DNA of 64,000 bases from Spirochaetales bacterium (lineage in GTDB: Bacteria > Spirochaetota > Spirochaetia > JABEVK01). Positions 9,231 through 18,056 of the stretch are shown one piece after another. The stretch lies in NCBI GenBank assembly GCA_027451945.1, contig DAIDHT010000034.1, forward strand, positions 812 to 64,811, read 5' to 3'. The notes below the pieces were generated by a model, which saw only the letters and a program-made list of their open reading frames with translations, did not search any database and was not told where the DNA came from. Position 1 is the stretch's first letter; every line of letters starts with the position of its first letter. The position numbers were made by a program, and so were the translations under genes.

Positions 9231-11822
9231 TTAAAAGTTGTAAGTCTGATTGATATCGGCCACTGCTGTCACAGAAGCGGTACCCGAAATCCCATTAGCC
9301 GGCAGTGTTACGGTCTCGGCGGCTCCACTGGGATTCAGGGTCACTTGAAGTGAAGGGGCAAAGGGAATTGTATTGATGATATGAGAGATGTCCGCAGCGG
9401 TGAGCTGAAACTGAATGCTGGTCGGCCCGGTCGCTAGCGTCAAGGTTTTTGAAAAGCCGGAGCTGTCCGAAAACACGGCAGAACCTGTTAGTCCAGTCGT
9501 GTTGTCTAGGTTGAGGGATACCGTCACCGAAGTCAGCTGGCCAAGCAGATTGTTGACGGTGTTGCTTGTGGGGCCAGTGCGGCCAAAAAAGTCAGACGTC
9601 CCGCTGTTAAAGTTAAGGCTGGCACCGCTCGCGGGGATAATAAACTGCATGGGTAGGGGAACCACAAGATCCGCCTCTAGATTCTGAGCACCTGGAGCTG
9701 TCGCCTCGGCATAGGTGATGGTCACACTGCTCATATTCATAGAATACCCAAAAGTTAAATCCGCCGGTTTGGCGTTAAATGGAGGGCTCAGGTCAGTAAT
9801 AGTGGCACTTGAGGGAGTGGGAATACTGGTCACCGTGCCACCGTCTGGCGGAAAGGTGGGGGAACTTGCCAACATAACCACATTGGCCGGTGTCGTAGAT
9901 GTTCCCAGTAAATCCGTCGTGGTTAAAATCCCGTTGGCGGTGTATTGCGCCTGGATATGAGACGACATTCCGTTGATTGATGATGTAGGGAGACCACTGA
10001 AATACAGGTAGGCCGGAATTGGTGGAAAAAGAAAATTCGTTCCTAGGTATTTACTGAGAACACTGAGATTATATCCTCCGCTCGCGGGGAAGTTGCCGCT
10101 GTAACCTCCGGCAGGCGGGCTGAGGTTGGCTTGGCTCCACGTTATTACAGGAGTAATGGTCGCAGAAAACCCAAGGGTCGTCCCGGGGATAATATTGAAA
10201 AGTGTGAGCTCCCCCGTGTTGGGATTCCAACTCTTTGGTTGAAGACTCATACCCATATCAATAACCCAAGCTCCGGGGCCATAATTATGCGAAGGAATAT
10301 ACCGGTAAGGGGTCGTCGTACTTCCACTAAGAAAGTTCAGCGTCACTGGATTTGTCGGGGAACCAGAAGGAATGGTTTGAGTTTGGGATACACCAAAAGC
10401 TTGTGAGTTAACGGTCATACTCATGTCGTTTCCTGCAGGGAGATTGCTTGTGAAGGATACAGAGTAACCCAACGAAGTAAAATCGACCCAATTAAGCCAT
10501 TGCCATTTTTGAAAGTCTTGAGGTGATAAAGTGCTTTGCAGGTTATCATCAATAACGACACTGGGCGTAAAGCTAGAACTGACTTTAACTACCACAGAAG
10601 AAAACTCGGTGATACTTATAGCGGCACTGTTGGCGATGGGCACGGGACCACTCAGGCCGGATAAGGTAGCATTGATAGCATTGATCGTAGTGTTGCCTGT
10701 TAAACTGATGGTACTACCTGAGACGGTTTGATTCGAAAGATCGAGAGTGAGGGGGCCACTCCCTGACTGGTTAAGGTTGAGACCGCCGGTTTGCGAAACC
10801 CCAATTGACGTATTTTGAGTAAATCCGGACCAGGCAGTGGGAAGATTCCCCGGACTAAAGACCATTTGGCCGTTTCCCGACGCAACAGTCGCGCTGACAA
10901 AATTGCTGGTGGCATTGAAAGGGAGTGTTGTTGCCGGCAGTGGTAGCACTGTCGAAAAGTTTACGCCGCTAGCCGAAGAAATCGAAAAGTCGTTGGACAG
11001 AGCGGCTTGCATCGTGAACGTGTCGACATGACCTGCCGTACCGCCAGACGTAGAAGCGGTCAGCACAACCTGAAACGAGTTAGGAAGCGTCGTTGACGCC
11101 GCAAAAGGTAAATTTGCCGTGCCGCCCACTAAAAGATTCACGTTGGAAGCTGTGGTGCTTAGGGTTTGTCCATTACTAATTAACGAGATTCTGGTGAGAG
11201 TGAAGGTGTAGCTAGCAGTGGTACCACTCAGGGGACCAAATGTTAAATTTAAGGAACCCGTGGCGACTGTGGCCGTACTGAATGTTGACAGCGTAAGGGG
11301 AAGCGAAATGGTAGCTGGGGGAGGAGAGGCCAGGCCGGTTTCAACCGTTTGGGCGGACTGGGGGCTTAACCCGTTGTTCACTGAGTTACGGAGAACGGCA
11401 CTAACATCGAAGGAATTTGTCACCGATACGGATTGAGAAATGCTAGGAATCGAAAAGCTTTGAGCCGGTAACGTTGCGTTAACGGAATTTGACAAATTAA
11501 GATTCGCAAGACTAGCTCCCACGTTCAAAGGAACTGACAAAAGAGGAAAGCGCAAAAGGTACTCTTGCGGAACAATACTTGTTGACGATGCAGACGTCGT
11601 TGAACTGGGTTGATAGTTGTAAACAAAAAAACCTGAATTGCTATTCAATAAAGATTCAATCTTGCTGGGGGTGATGTAGCTTGAAACCTGATAGCTATAC
11701 TGACCCAACGAGGCGTAGAGCGTAGGTTTTGCTTTGACGGTGACGGACGAAACTGGTGAAGAACAAGAAGCGAAAAGGCTCAATGCGCCCAGTGCGTAAA
11801 TAATGCGTCGCTTGAGAGCCAT
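9231..11822 (-). CDS. Large Ser/Thr-rich beta-rich lipoprotein, unknown function
   Basis: 863 aa; lipobox FASC20; AAGGAG SD; beta-strand-like composition. Confidence 0.8.
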   Translation of the reverse strand: MALKRRIIYALGALSLFASCSSPVSSVTVKAKPTLYASLGQYSYQVSSYITPSKIESLLNSNSGFFVYNYQPSSTTSASSTSIVPQEYLLRFPLLSVPLNVGASLANLNLSNSVNATLPAQSFSIPSISQSVSVTNSFDVSAVLRNSVNNGLSPQSAQTVETGLASPPPATISLPLTLSTFSTATVATGSLNLTFGPLSGTTASYTFTLTRISLISNGQTLSTTASNVNLLVGGTANLPFAASTTLPNSFQVVLTASTSGGTAGHVDTFTMQAALSNDFSISSASGVNFSTVLPLPATTLPFNATSNFVSATVASGNGQMVFSPGNLPTAWSGFTQNTSIGVSQTGGLNLNQSGSGPLTLDLSNQTVSGSTISLTGNTTINAINATLSGLSGPVPIANSAAISITEFSSVVVKVSSSFTPSVVIDDNLQSTLSPQDFQKWQWLNWVDFTSLGYSVSFTSNLPAGNDMSMTVNSQAFGVSQTQTIPSGSPTNPVTLNFLSGSTTTPYRYIPSHNYGPGAWVIDMGMSLQPKSWNPNTGELTLFNIIPGTTLGFSATITPVITWSQANLSPPAGGYSGNFPASGGYNLSVLSKYLGTNFLFPPIPAYLYFSGLPTSSINGMSSHIQAQYTANGILTTTDLLGTSTTPANVVMLASSPTFPPDGGTVTSIPTPSSATITDLSPPFNAKPADLTFGYSMNMSSVTITYAEATAPGAQNLEADLVVPLPMQFIIPASGASLNFNSGTSDFFGRTGPTSNTVNNLLGQLTSVTVSLNLDNTTGLTGSAVFSDSSGFSKTLTLATGPTSIQFQLTAADISHIINTIPFAPSLQVTLNPSGAAETVTLPANGISGTASVTAVADINQTYNF

Positions 11823-11866
11823 GACTTACTCCTTATCCTGTACCCCAAGGCCTTTCGGATATCAAC

Positions 11867-11875
11867 AGTATAGCA
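11867..11875 (-). promoter_or_regulatory. Extended -10 promoter for the lipoprotein/OMP operon
   Basis: TGCTATACT on the minus strand about 45 nt upstream of ATG 11822. Confidence 0.5.
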
Positions 11876-11904
11876 CTGGAGGACTCAGATATCCAGAATG
11901 TTAA

Positions 11905-11922
11905 AGTTAATCAAGATTAACT
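11905..11922. promoter_or_regulatory. Palindromic operator candidate
   Basis: AGTTAATC-AA-GATTAACT, a perfect 8-bp inverted repeat 1 nt before TTGACC (11924-11929) in the divergent intergenic region. Confidence 0.5.
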
Positions 11923-11968
11923 CTTGACCAACCCGGCCACTTTGGTGTTATTTTGACACAAGGAGTGG

Positions 11969-13168
11969 GTGATGAACATCGCTGTCGAGAAAGCTGCCAA
12001 GTTTCGGCTATGGAACCTTCTTAAAGTGTGGGGTCCGGCTTGGCTGGTCATGATAGCCGATGTGGATGCCGCCAGTGTCATCACTGCGGCCCAGAGTGGG
12101 GCTCAATACGGAACCAAACTCATCTGGTTCGTGATGGCCTTGACCGTGCCGTTGTTTTTGATTCAAGAGGTGGCTGGCCGAGTGGGCGCGGTTACCGGAA
12201 AGGGCTTGGGCGAGCTCATCCGCGAACACTTTAGCAAGCGCATCGCCGTTCTAGCGGCCATTCCGATGGCGGTAGTCGACATTGTCAGTTATATCGTCGA
12301 ATACACCGGAGCAGCCATCGGGTTTCAAATCTTTGGGGTTTCACCCTGGGTGTCGGTGCCGATTGTTTTTTTACTTCACCTGCTGATTGTGTTTCGACGA
12401 AAGTATGAACAGGCCGAAAAGCCGTTGTTTGTGGTTTCGGTGATTTTTGCCGGAGCGTGGATAGCCGCCGCGTTTTTGACCCCTCATCCTCATTTAACCG
12501 TCACTCCGTTTTATTTCGATATGTCCCCGGGCTTTCTGTTTTTGTTAGCGGCCAATGTCGGGGCGGTGATTATGCCGTTTATGCTGTTTTACCAGGCCTC
12601 GGCTACTGCCGAAAAGCGAACGGGGCACGAGAACCTTTGGGCTATTCGCGTGGAAACCGCGGTGGGGGCTCTTGTTTCAGAAGTCATCATGGTCGCCATT
12701 CTGGTCGCCACGATCGGGGTCAACACCCATGCCCTGCAATTCGACAACCCCCGGCTGTTGTCGCTAGGACTGTCGTCCGTGGCGGGGAGCTGGGCACCCT
12801 ACTTGTTTGGGATCGGTCTGATCACAGCGTCGTTTATAGCGTTAATCGTGATTTCGTTGGGGTCTTGCTGGGGCGTTACCGAAGCTTTGGGCTGGGGGCG
12901 TCACCGCTGGTTTGCGTTGTACTTAGCGGAATCGATCCCCGCTGGCCTGACGGTCTTATTCTTTACGTACAATTTGATCAACTTCGCCGTAGGAATGATG
13001 GTTTTTCAAATTCTTGTCTTGGCGGGACCAGCCGTGATTCTGGGGCTTTTGGCTCGCCGCGCCGACCTGATGGGCCGCCACCGGCTTCGTGGGGTGAACC
13101 AGGTGTTGTATTGGGGAATGCTCGCGTTGATCTTTGCCACGGGAATCCTTAGTGTGGTGGCGCATTAA
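11969..13168 (+). CDS. Nramp/SLC11-family divalent cation transporter, non-canonical motifs
   Basis: GPAWLVMIADVDAASV, QSGAQYG, QEVAGRVGAVTGKGLGELIREHF, GAVIMPF; ~11 TM; AAGGAG SD. Confidence 0.88.
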   Translation: MMNIAVEKAAKFRLWNLLKVWGPAWLVMIADVDAASVITAAQSGAQYGTKLIWFVMALTVPLFLIQEVAGRVGAVTGKGLGELIREHFSKRIAVLAAIPMAVVDIVSYIVEYTGAAIGFQIFGVSPWVSVPIVFLLHLLIVFRRKYEQAEKPLFVVSVIFAGAWIAAAFLTPHPHLTVTPFYFDMSPGFLFLLAANVGAVIMPFMLFYQASATAEKRTGHENLWAIRVETAVGALVSEVIMVAILVATIGVNTHALQFDNPRLLSLGLSSVAGSWAPYLFGIGLITASFIALIVISLGSCWGVTEALGWGRHRWFALYLAESIPAGLTVLFFTYNLINFAVGMMVFQILVLAGPAVILGLLARRADLMGRHRLRGVNQVLYWGMLALIFATGILSVVAH

Positions 13169-13763
13169 CGGCGGCGGCAAGCTGTTGGCACACCAGGCGC
13201 AGAGCGGCTTCAGCGGCCTGAACCTGCAGATCTTGGGTGGTGCTGGTGCTTCCTAACGTCGTACCAGCAATTGTTGCCACCACGCGAGAGGCTTGACCAC
13301 TGGCCCGTGCCGTTGCCAATATCACCCCCGTTTCAACCGAGACCAACCGGGCATCGATGACCGCTGTCCAAGAATCATTACTGGCTGAAACTCCACCCCA
13401 GTCCCCTGTCGAAATTCCCCCGTTTGTCATCCGAGACAAATTAACAAACAAGATGTCCTGCGCACCTGCCAATTTAAGCGTTGACAAGTTCTGTTGACCT
13501 TCTTGGAGGACTTCATCCAACCGGCTGGTCTCAACCACGCGAAAGGGAGTCTCGGCGTAGAGGTCGCTCATGAGTTCACTATGAAGGTTCGGAATCAGAG
13601 CGTTCAAACGACTGTCTCCGGTCATGTTGCGTACCTCGGTCACGGCGATCAACGGGTGGGTAGAGTCAACGGGGGGTTGGCTGGCGCACGAGGACAGCAC
13701 TCCCGATAAGACCAGGGCCAACAAGGGGATGGTAAGCCTGCCATAAAGTCTGATTAAGTTCAT
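13149..13763 (-). CDS. CsgG/HfaB-like lipoprotein
   Basis: Probable start ATG 13763 (MNLIRLY); lipobox LSSC; IAVTEVRNMTG, FRVVETSRLDEVLQE, IDARLVSVETGVILA typical of the CsgG fold. Confidence 0.7.
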   Translation of the reverse strand: MNLIRLYGRLTIPLLALVLSGVLSSCASQPPVDSTHPLIAVTEVRNMTGDSRLNALIPNLHSELMSDLYAETPFRVVETSRLDEVLQEGQQNLSTLKLAGAQDILFVNLSRMTNGGISTGDWGGVSASNDSWTAVIDARLVSVETGVILATARASGQASRVVATIAGTTLGSTSTTQDLQVQAAEAALRLVCQQLAAAVNAPPH

Positions 13764-13868
13764 TTTTGTGAGAGTATAGGGGAAATTTGTGGGCCTCGCC
13801 ACAAATTCTCAGGTCAATAGGGGCCAAAACCTGGCAAAACTTTTTGAAAAGTTCTGTATACTGGCAAA

Positions 13869-14795
13869 ATGGATCTTCTGGACAAGAAAGTCACAGCCGA
13901 TTGGATCGATATCCGCGAGAAGCTCACCGCACCAGCACGCCTGAAGTCGTATTTAAAGCTGGAGCAGGAGGGGCTTGTCGCCGAGGCCAAGGTTCTTCGC
14001 ACCTGCACCTTGGGTGGTCCTGTCGAATACAAACGTAAGTTGATCCAGTCCGTGTTTAGCTTTTTGACTCGTTTGGAGTTTCAGACCCCCACGGGGCAAG
14101 ATATTGAAGAACGTGAGCTCGTTCTGCGTCAGCTGATTTACGTTAACAGTCTCGAGTATCTTTTTGCTCTTGGTCAGTTGCGTCCCCAAAGGGACGCGGG
14201 TGGTGAAAATACCCCGACCTCGGGCGGAGCCCCCCCGGTACCCCTAGAAGATATTGTCCGTGAAGTTACCGCACGACTCAATGCAAACCCTGAGTTGGCC
14301 AAGGACTCACGGGTCAAAACGATTTTGATGGAGGTCCAGCTCTACAAAAAAGAGTACGACCAATTTAAACAGCTTTCGCCAAAGATTCCCGATGATCGAG
14401 CCGCTGGCTTTTTGGCAAACTTTCAAAAGCGCATTTCGGATATTGTTGGTGCGATTCGAGGACAATACGAAGAACTGTTAGCTTCGGATCGACGAGAGTT
14501 ATCGGGTGAGCAGGCAAAAAAAGAAGAAGAGATCTTTCTGGTTCCCGGCTTAAACCGCCTTTTGATGACTCAAACTCAAGAGCTTTCTTTGCTTCGTTCT
14601 ACGGTCAACTTTGCTTTGCAAGAAGGCTATCAGATGCGCGCCCTTTTGGTACGACTCACTACTCGAAAAGACCCGGTGCTGGCCTTAGTCGAAGAGGAAG
14701 GCCGCTTGTGGGAATCCTGGGGACGACAAATTACGTTGCCCGATGCCGCAGTTCGTCTGGCCCGTAACCTCGCGTTAACGCTTCAACGCCAGTAG
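13869..14795 (+). CDS. Hypothetical helical protein
   Basis: 308-aa ORF with charged helical composition; TATACT 6 nt upstream of ATG. Confidence 0.75.
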   Translation: MDLLDKKVTADWIDIREKLTAPARLKSYLKLEQEGLVAEAKVLRTCTLGGPVEYKRKLIQSVFSFLTRLEFQTPTGQDIEERELVLRQLIYVNSLEYLFALGQLRPQRDAGGENTPTSGGAPPVPLEDIVREVTARLNANPELAKDSRVKTILMEVQLYKKEYDQFKQLSPKIPDDRAAGFLANFQKRISDIVGAIRGQYEELLASDRRELSGEQAKKEEEIFLVPGLNRLLMTQTQELSLLRSTVNFALQEGYQMRALLVRLTTRKDPVLALVEEEGRLWESWGRQITLPDAAVRLARNLALTLQRQ

Positions 14796-16024
14796 GCGGT
14801 TAACAGGTCGATGAGATGATTTTGATCGGCCTGGTGCGCGGTTTCACGGACAGAATGCATGGCCCACAATGGAATACCCACATCAACCGCGTTCAGATTG
14901 GCAGAGGCTGCCAAAAGCGGTCCCACGGTACTGCCGGGCGCCAAATCGGAGCGCATAATGTAGTCTTGCCACGGGCCCTCGTAGGCGCGGGTCAGCCAAC
15001 GAAAGCGGGCTTCGGTTTCGGCAGTGGTAGCATAGCTGTGCCGGGCAGACGCTTTAAGAACAGGGCCCCCTCCAAGGGCTGGTGCGTAGGAGCTATCGTG
15101 CCGGTCGGCAAAATTGGGGTGTAGCCCATGAGCGGCGTCGACACTGACCAAAAAGGACGAGTTTTGTTGACGGAATGCATCGGTTGTACTTAACCCTCTA
15201 TTTAAACGTTCTAACAGGCGCGGGAGCAGACCAGAATCGGCACCCCAGGCCGTGCGAGAACCAATTTCTTCATGATCTAAAAACAGGGCGAGCCGCCAAC
15301 CGTGCGACGTGGACGCTGAGTTCAAAAGTGCCTCTGCTACTGCCTGACACCCGGCAAGATTGTCTAACCGGCCCGATTGCAAAAGTCCCGAAGCCCCGAG
15401 GTGCGCGCCTTGGGTATCGTATAAATAGATATCGGCAGCCAAAAAGTGTTCGGCGTCTTCTGATAAACGCCGCGAAAGCCAATCCTTCCAATGAGTAAAA
15501 GATGGAACGTCGGCCAGGGCGCTGAGTTGCGTCTGCGGGTCTAAAGCCGTTCCTTTGTTGGCGTCCCGATTGTAATGAATGGCGAGGTTGGGAATGACGG
15601 CAAGACCCTCGGTACGCAGTCGCCGCGAGCGGGGGCCGGTTTCGGCGCTGTACCAGGCTTGTCCCGCCACCCCTAGGGTACGGTCTGTCCAGGTTGCCAG
15701 CAACGGGCCACCATAGACTTCGACACCCCAGCGGTGTAAACCGTGAGGAAGGGGTTGGTGGGCATTGAGTTTGAGTTTTAACGCCGGCGAATCGGTATGC
15801 GCGGCGGCGATCTTCCAACCCGTGGGGGCTTCACCGGCAGTAAACGCCACAACACAACCAGGGCCCCAGCGGAGGATGTAACCGCCGCCGGGCTCTAAAA
15901 CCCAGTCTTGAGCAGGGTCTAAGGTCCGCCAACCGTGGTCTTGGAACAGTTGAACCAAGTTGTCGGCGGCGTAGACACTAACCGGCGACGCATCGAGGAA
16001 CTCGACCAGGTCAAGGTGGCTCAT
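14783..16024 (-). CDS. apeB: M18 family aspartyl aminopeptidase
   Basis: AAHTDSP, VEVYGG, RLDNL, DHEEIGS, SVDAAHGLHPN, GSTVGP, AMHSVRE. Confidence 0.9.
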   Translation of the reverse strand: MSHLDLVEFLDASPVSVYAADNLVQLFQDHGWRTLDPAQDWVLEPGGGYILRWGPGCVVAFTAGEAPTGWKIAAAHTDSPALKLKLNAHQPLPHGLHRWGVEVYGGPLLATWTDRTLGVAGQAWYSAETGPRSRRLRTEGLAVIPNLAIHYNRDANKGTALDPQTQLSALADVPSFTHWKDWLSRRLSEDAEHFLAADIYLYDTQGAHLGASGLLQSGRLDNLAGCQAVAEALLNSASTSHGWRLALFLDHEEIGSRTAWGADSGLLPRLLERLNRGLSTTDAFRQQNSSFLVSVDAAHGLHPNFADRHDSSYAPALGGGPVLKASARHSYATTAETEARFRWLTRAYEGPWQDYIMRSDLAPGSTVGPLLAASANLNAVDVGIPLWAMHSVRETAHQADQNHLIDLLTAYWR

Positions 16025-17004
16025 GGTTGGGCTCCTGGAAAGAGCGTGATCAAGGCACGGATGAGCAAAGAAACACTTCCCGGGCCTTCGTCCGAGACCC
16101 AGGTTCGGCCCACAACAGCTTGATCTGTGCGACCAGCCTGGCGAACGGGCTGATCAGCGGTACCCCAGCCGGCGAGGATGGTATTGGGAGGGTCAACAAG
16201 CGTGCGGTAGTGGGCGTCGATCCAAGGTTTGACAAACGCCGAAAGGTCGCTAGCAAAGCTTGCCGAGTTGACTTCGTGAGAAGGAATTTTGACAACAAGC
16301 ATGGGTTTGAGTGTATTGGCGGTAAAGGCATCAGCAAAGCTTTGGCCCCAGTTGTCGGTTGGTCCCTGAATGTTAGACGAGGAGTCTTGCGCAAGGTAGA
16401 GAACCGGGTAGCTTGCGGCCAAATTCCGCAGGTAATCGGGGGGCAAGAGCACCTCGAGGCTAATGCCCTGAAGCTGGGGGTATAGCGCAGGGTCAATACG
16501 GTTGAGCCGAGTTTGTGCTTGGCGCAGATCCGGGATCACATTCACCGGGGGGGTACCGCTGACAAAGGGGTTAAACGGATCGAGCTGGGCTTGGCTACCT
16601 CCAGACTGGTTGACGAGGAACGAGTAGGTCACCTCTTCGGGAGCGTAGATTTTATAGACTTTGTAAAACAAGGGGCTGTGGCGAAACTGATCCATTTTGT
16701 CAGGACCGCCTTTTTGAAAGTTGGCTTTGAGGTCGACTTCGCTGGCTTGGTGCGAAAAGTCATAATAGACGAAGGTAACCTTGCGACCTGAAATCAAGGG
16801 CGTCTTTTGACTGCCCAGCCAAGAATTCCACACACGAACTAGGTTGTCGTCAGGACCAGCGGCCGGCCAGTGCTTGAACAATTCATTAAGCCGGGGATCA
16901 GCCTCTAAAGCGTTGAGGGCTGTCACATGGTGCAGGTAGACAGGCTTATTTCCTGTGCAGGAGGCGAAGGCCAAGGCGGCCATCAAAACGAGAAGCATTC
17001 TCAT
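16021..17004 (-). CDS. Lipoprotein with E-set/CBM48-like domain plus degenerate Fes-like esterase domain
   Basis: Lipobox FASC; LLPPDY...YPVLYL; FVKPWIDAHYRT; the nucleophile elbow reads GWGTA rather than GxSxG. Confidence 0.6.
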   Translation of the reverse strand: MRMLLVLMAALAFASCTGNKPVYLHHVTALNALEADPRLNELFKHWPAAGPDDNLVRVWNSWLGSQKTPLISGRKVTFVYYDFSHQASEVDLKANFQKGGPDKMDQFRHSPLFYKVYKIYAPEEVTYSFLVNQSGGSQAQLDPFNPFVSGTPPVNVIPDLRQAQTRLNRIDPALYPQLQGISLEVLLPPDYLRNLAASYPVLYLAQDSSSNIQGPTDNWGQSFADAFTANTLKPMLVVKIPSHEVNSASFASDLSAFVKPWIDAHYRTLVDPPNTILAGWGTADQPVRQAGRTDQAVVGRTWVSDEGPGSVSLLIRALITLFPGAQP

Positions 17005-17084
17005 GGCCGAAAGCTACTCCTGAAACCTTGCTCTTGTCAAAGCAGACCCTTGCCAAAGCTCACGAAAACCGTCACAACAAGGCT

Positions 17085-17582
17085 ATGGAAAGAACGTTAT
17101 GCTTAATAAAGCCCGATGGCGTACGCCGGGGTGTGGTAGGCCCAATTCTTGAGCGTTTTGAGCGCAAAGGCCTCAAAATTATCGCCCTCAAGATGACAAC
17201 CCCTTCGGAGGACTTGGCGGGTCAGCATTATACCTACGAAGATATAGCCGTACGACATGGCGAGGCGGTACGGAACGCACTGATCAAGTTTTTGACTTCG
17301 GGCCCGGTTGTGGCGTTTGTGATTGAAGGCGTCAGTGCCATTGATAATGTTCGAGCCCTATGCGGCGCCACAGAGCCTCTTAAGGCCGCGCCAGGAACCA
17401 TTCGGGGTGACTTTGCTCATCACACCTTTGCGCTCACGGCGGCAGTAGGAGAATCCGTTCGCAACCTGATTCATGCATCTGCCAATGCCGAAGATGCCGC
17501 TCGCGAGACTGCCTTGTGGTTTGGGCCCGCAGACTATGTCACCTATCGCCGTGCCGACCAAAACGAACACTTTCTTGACTAA
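17085..17582 (+). CDS. ndk: Nucleoside diphosphate kinase
   Basis: MERTLCLIKPDGV, SGPVVA, GATEPLKAAPGTIRGDF, catalytic NLIHAS; start reassigned to ATG 17085. Confidence 0.95.
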   Translation: MERTLCLIKPDGVRRGVVGPILERFERKGLKIIALKMTTPSEDLAGQHYTYEDIAVRHGEAVRNALIKFLTSGPVVAFVIEGVSAIDNVRALCGATEPLKAAPGTIRGDFAHHTFALTAAVGESVRNLIHASANAEDAARETALWFGPADYVTYRRADQNEHFLD

Positions 17583-17585
17583 CGT

Positions 17586-18056
17586 CTAAAGCTTGCCTAG
17601 CACTTGAATAAACCTTTGGGCCCAAGCCTCGGCCAGAGTAAGGTCGAGACCGGCAAGAGTATCGAGTTTGAGGGCTGGTAAGAGTATCCTGGCGCCTTGG
17701 TTTCGCAGGCGGGTTTCTAAGATTTCGACGGCGCCGCAGGGAACCGGGTAACGAGAGCTACCACAACCCAAGGCCGCCGCCGGTAAACCCTGAAAGTCCC
17801 ACTCACGCCATTCTCGTTCCAGCCGATCCCAAAGCGGATGCAGGTCGCCGACTCCGTAGGTGGGGCTTGCAACGATGAGAAAGGGCCGGTCGCGAGGATC
17901 GTCGTGGTACTCGGCAACGTTGATCATTTCGACGGCTATGCCTGCCGCTTTCAGCACCTGTTCCACAGTCTGGCAAACCTGCTCGGTACGTCCGGTGCGG
18001 CTGGCCCACAGGATCAACCCGGGTTTGTTGAGCTGAGGTTGCTGGTTGTTGTTCAT
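17586..18056 (-). CDS. Short-chain flavodoxin
   Basis: WASRTGRTE phosphate loop, SPTYGVGDL, LGCGSSRY...CGAV. Confidence 0.85.
   Translation of the reverse strand: MNNNQQPQLNKPGLILWASRTGRTEQVCQTVEQVLKAAGIAVEMINVAEYHDDPRDRPFLIVASPTYGVGDLHPLWDRLEREWREWDFQGLPAAALGCGSSRYPVPCGAVEILETRLRNQGARILLPALKLDTLAGLDLTLAEAWAQRFIQVLGKL

Noticed and set aside
12457..13152. 231-aa alternative-frame ORF inside the Nramp gene
   Set aside because: Arg/Gly-rich shadow translation of a GC-rich hydrophobic gene; no motif or start signal.
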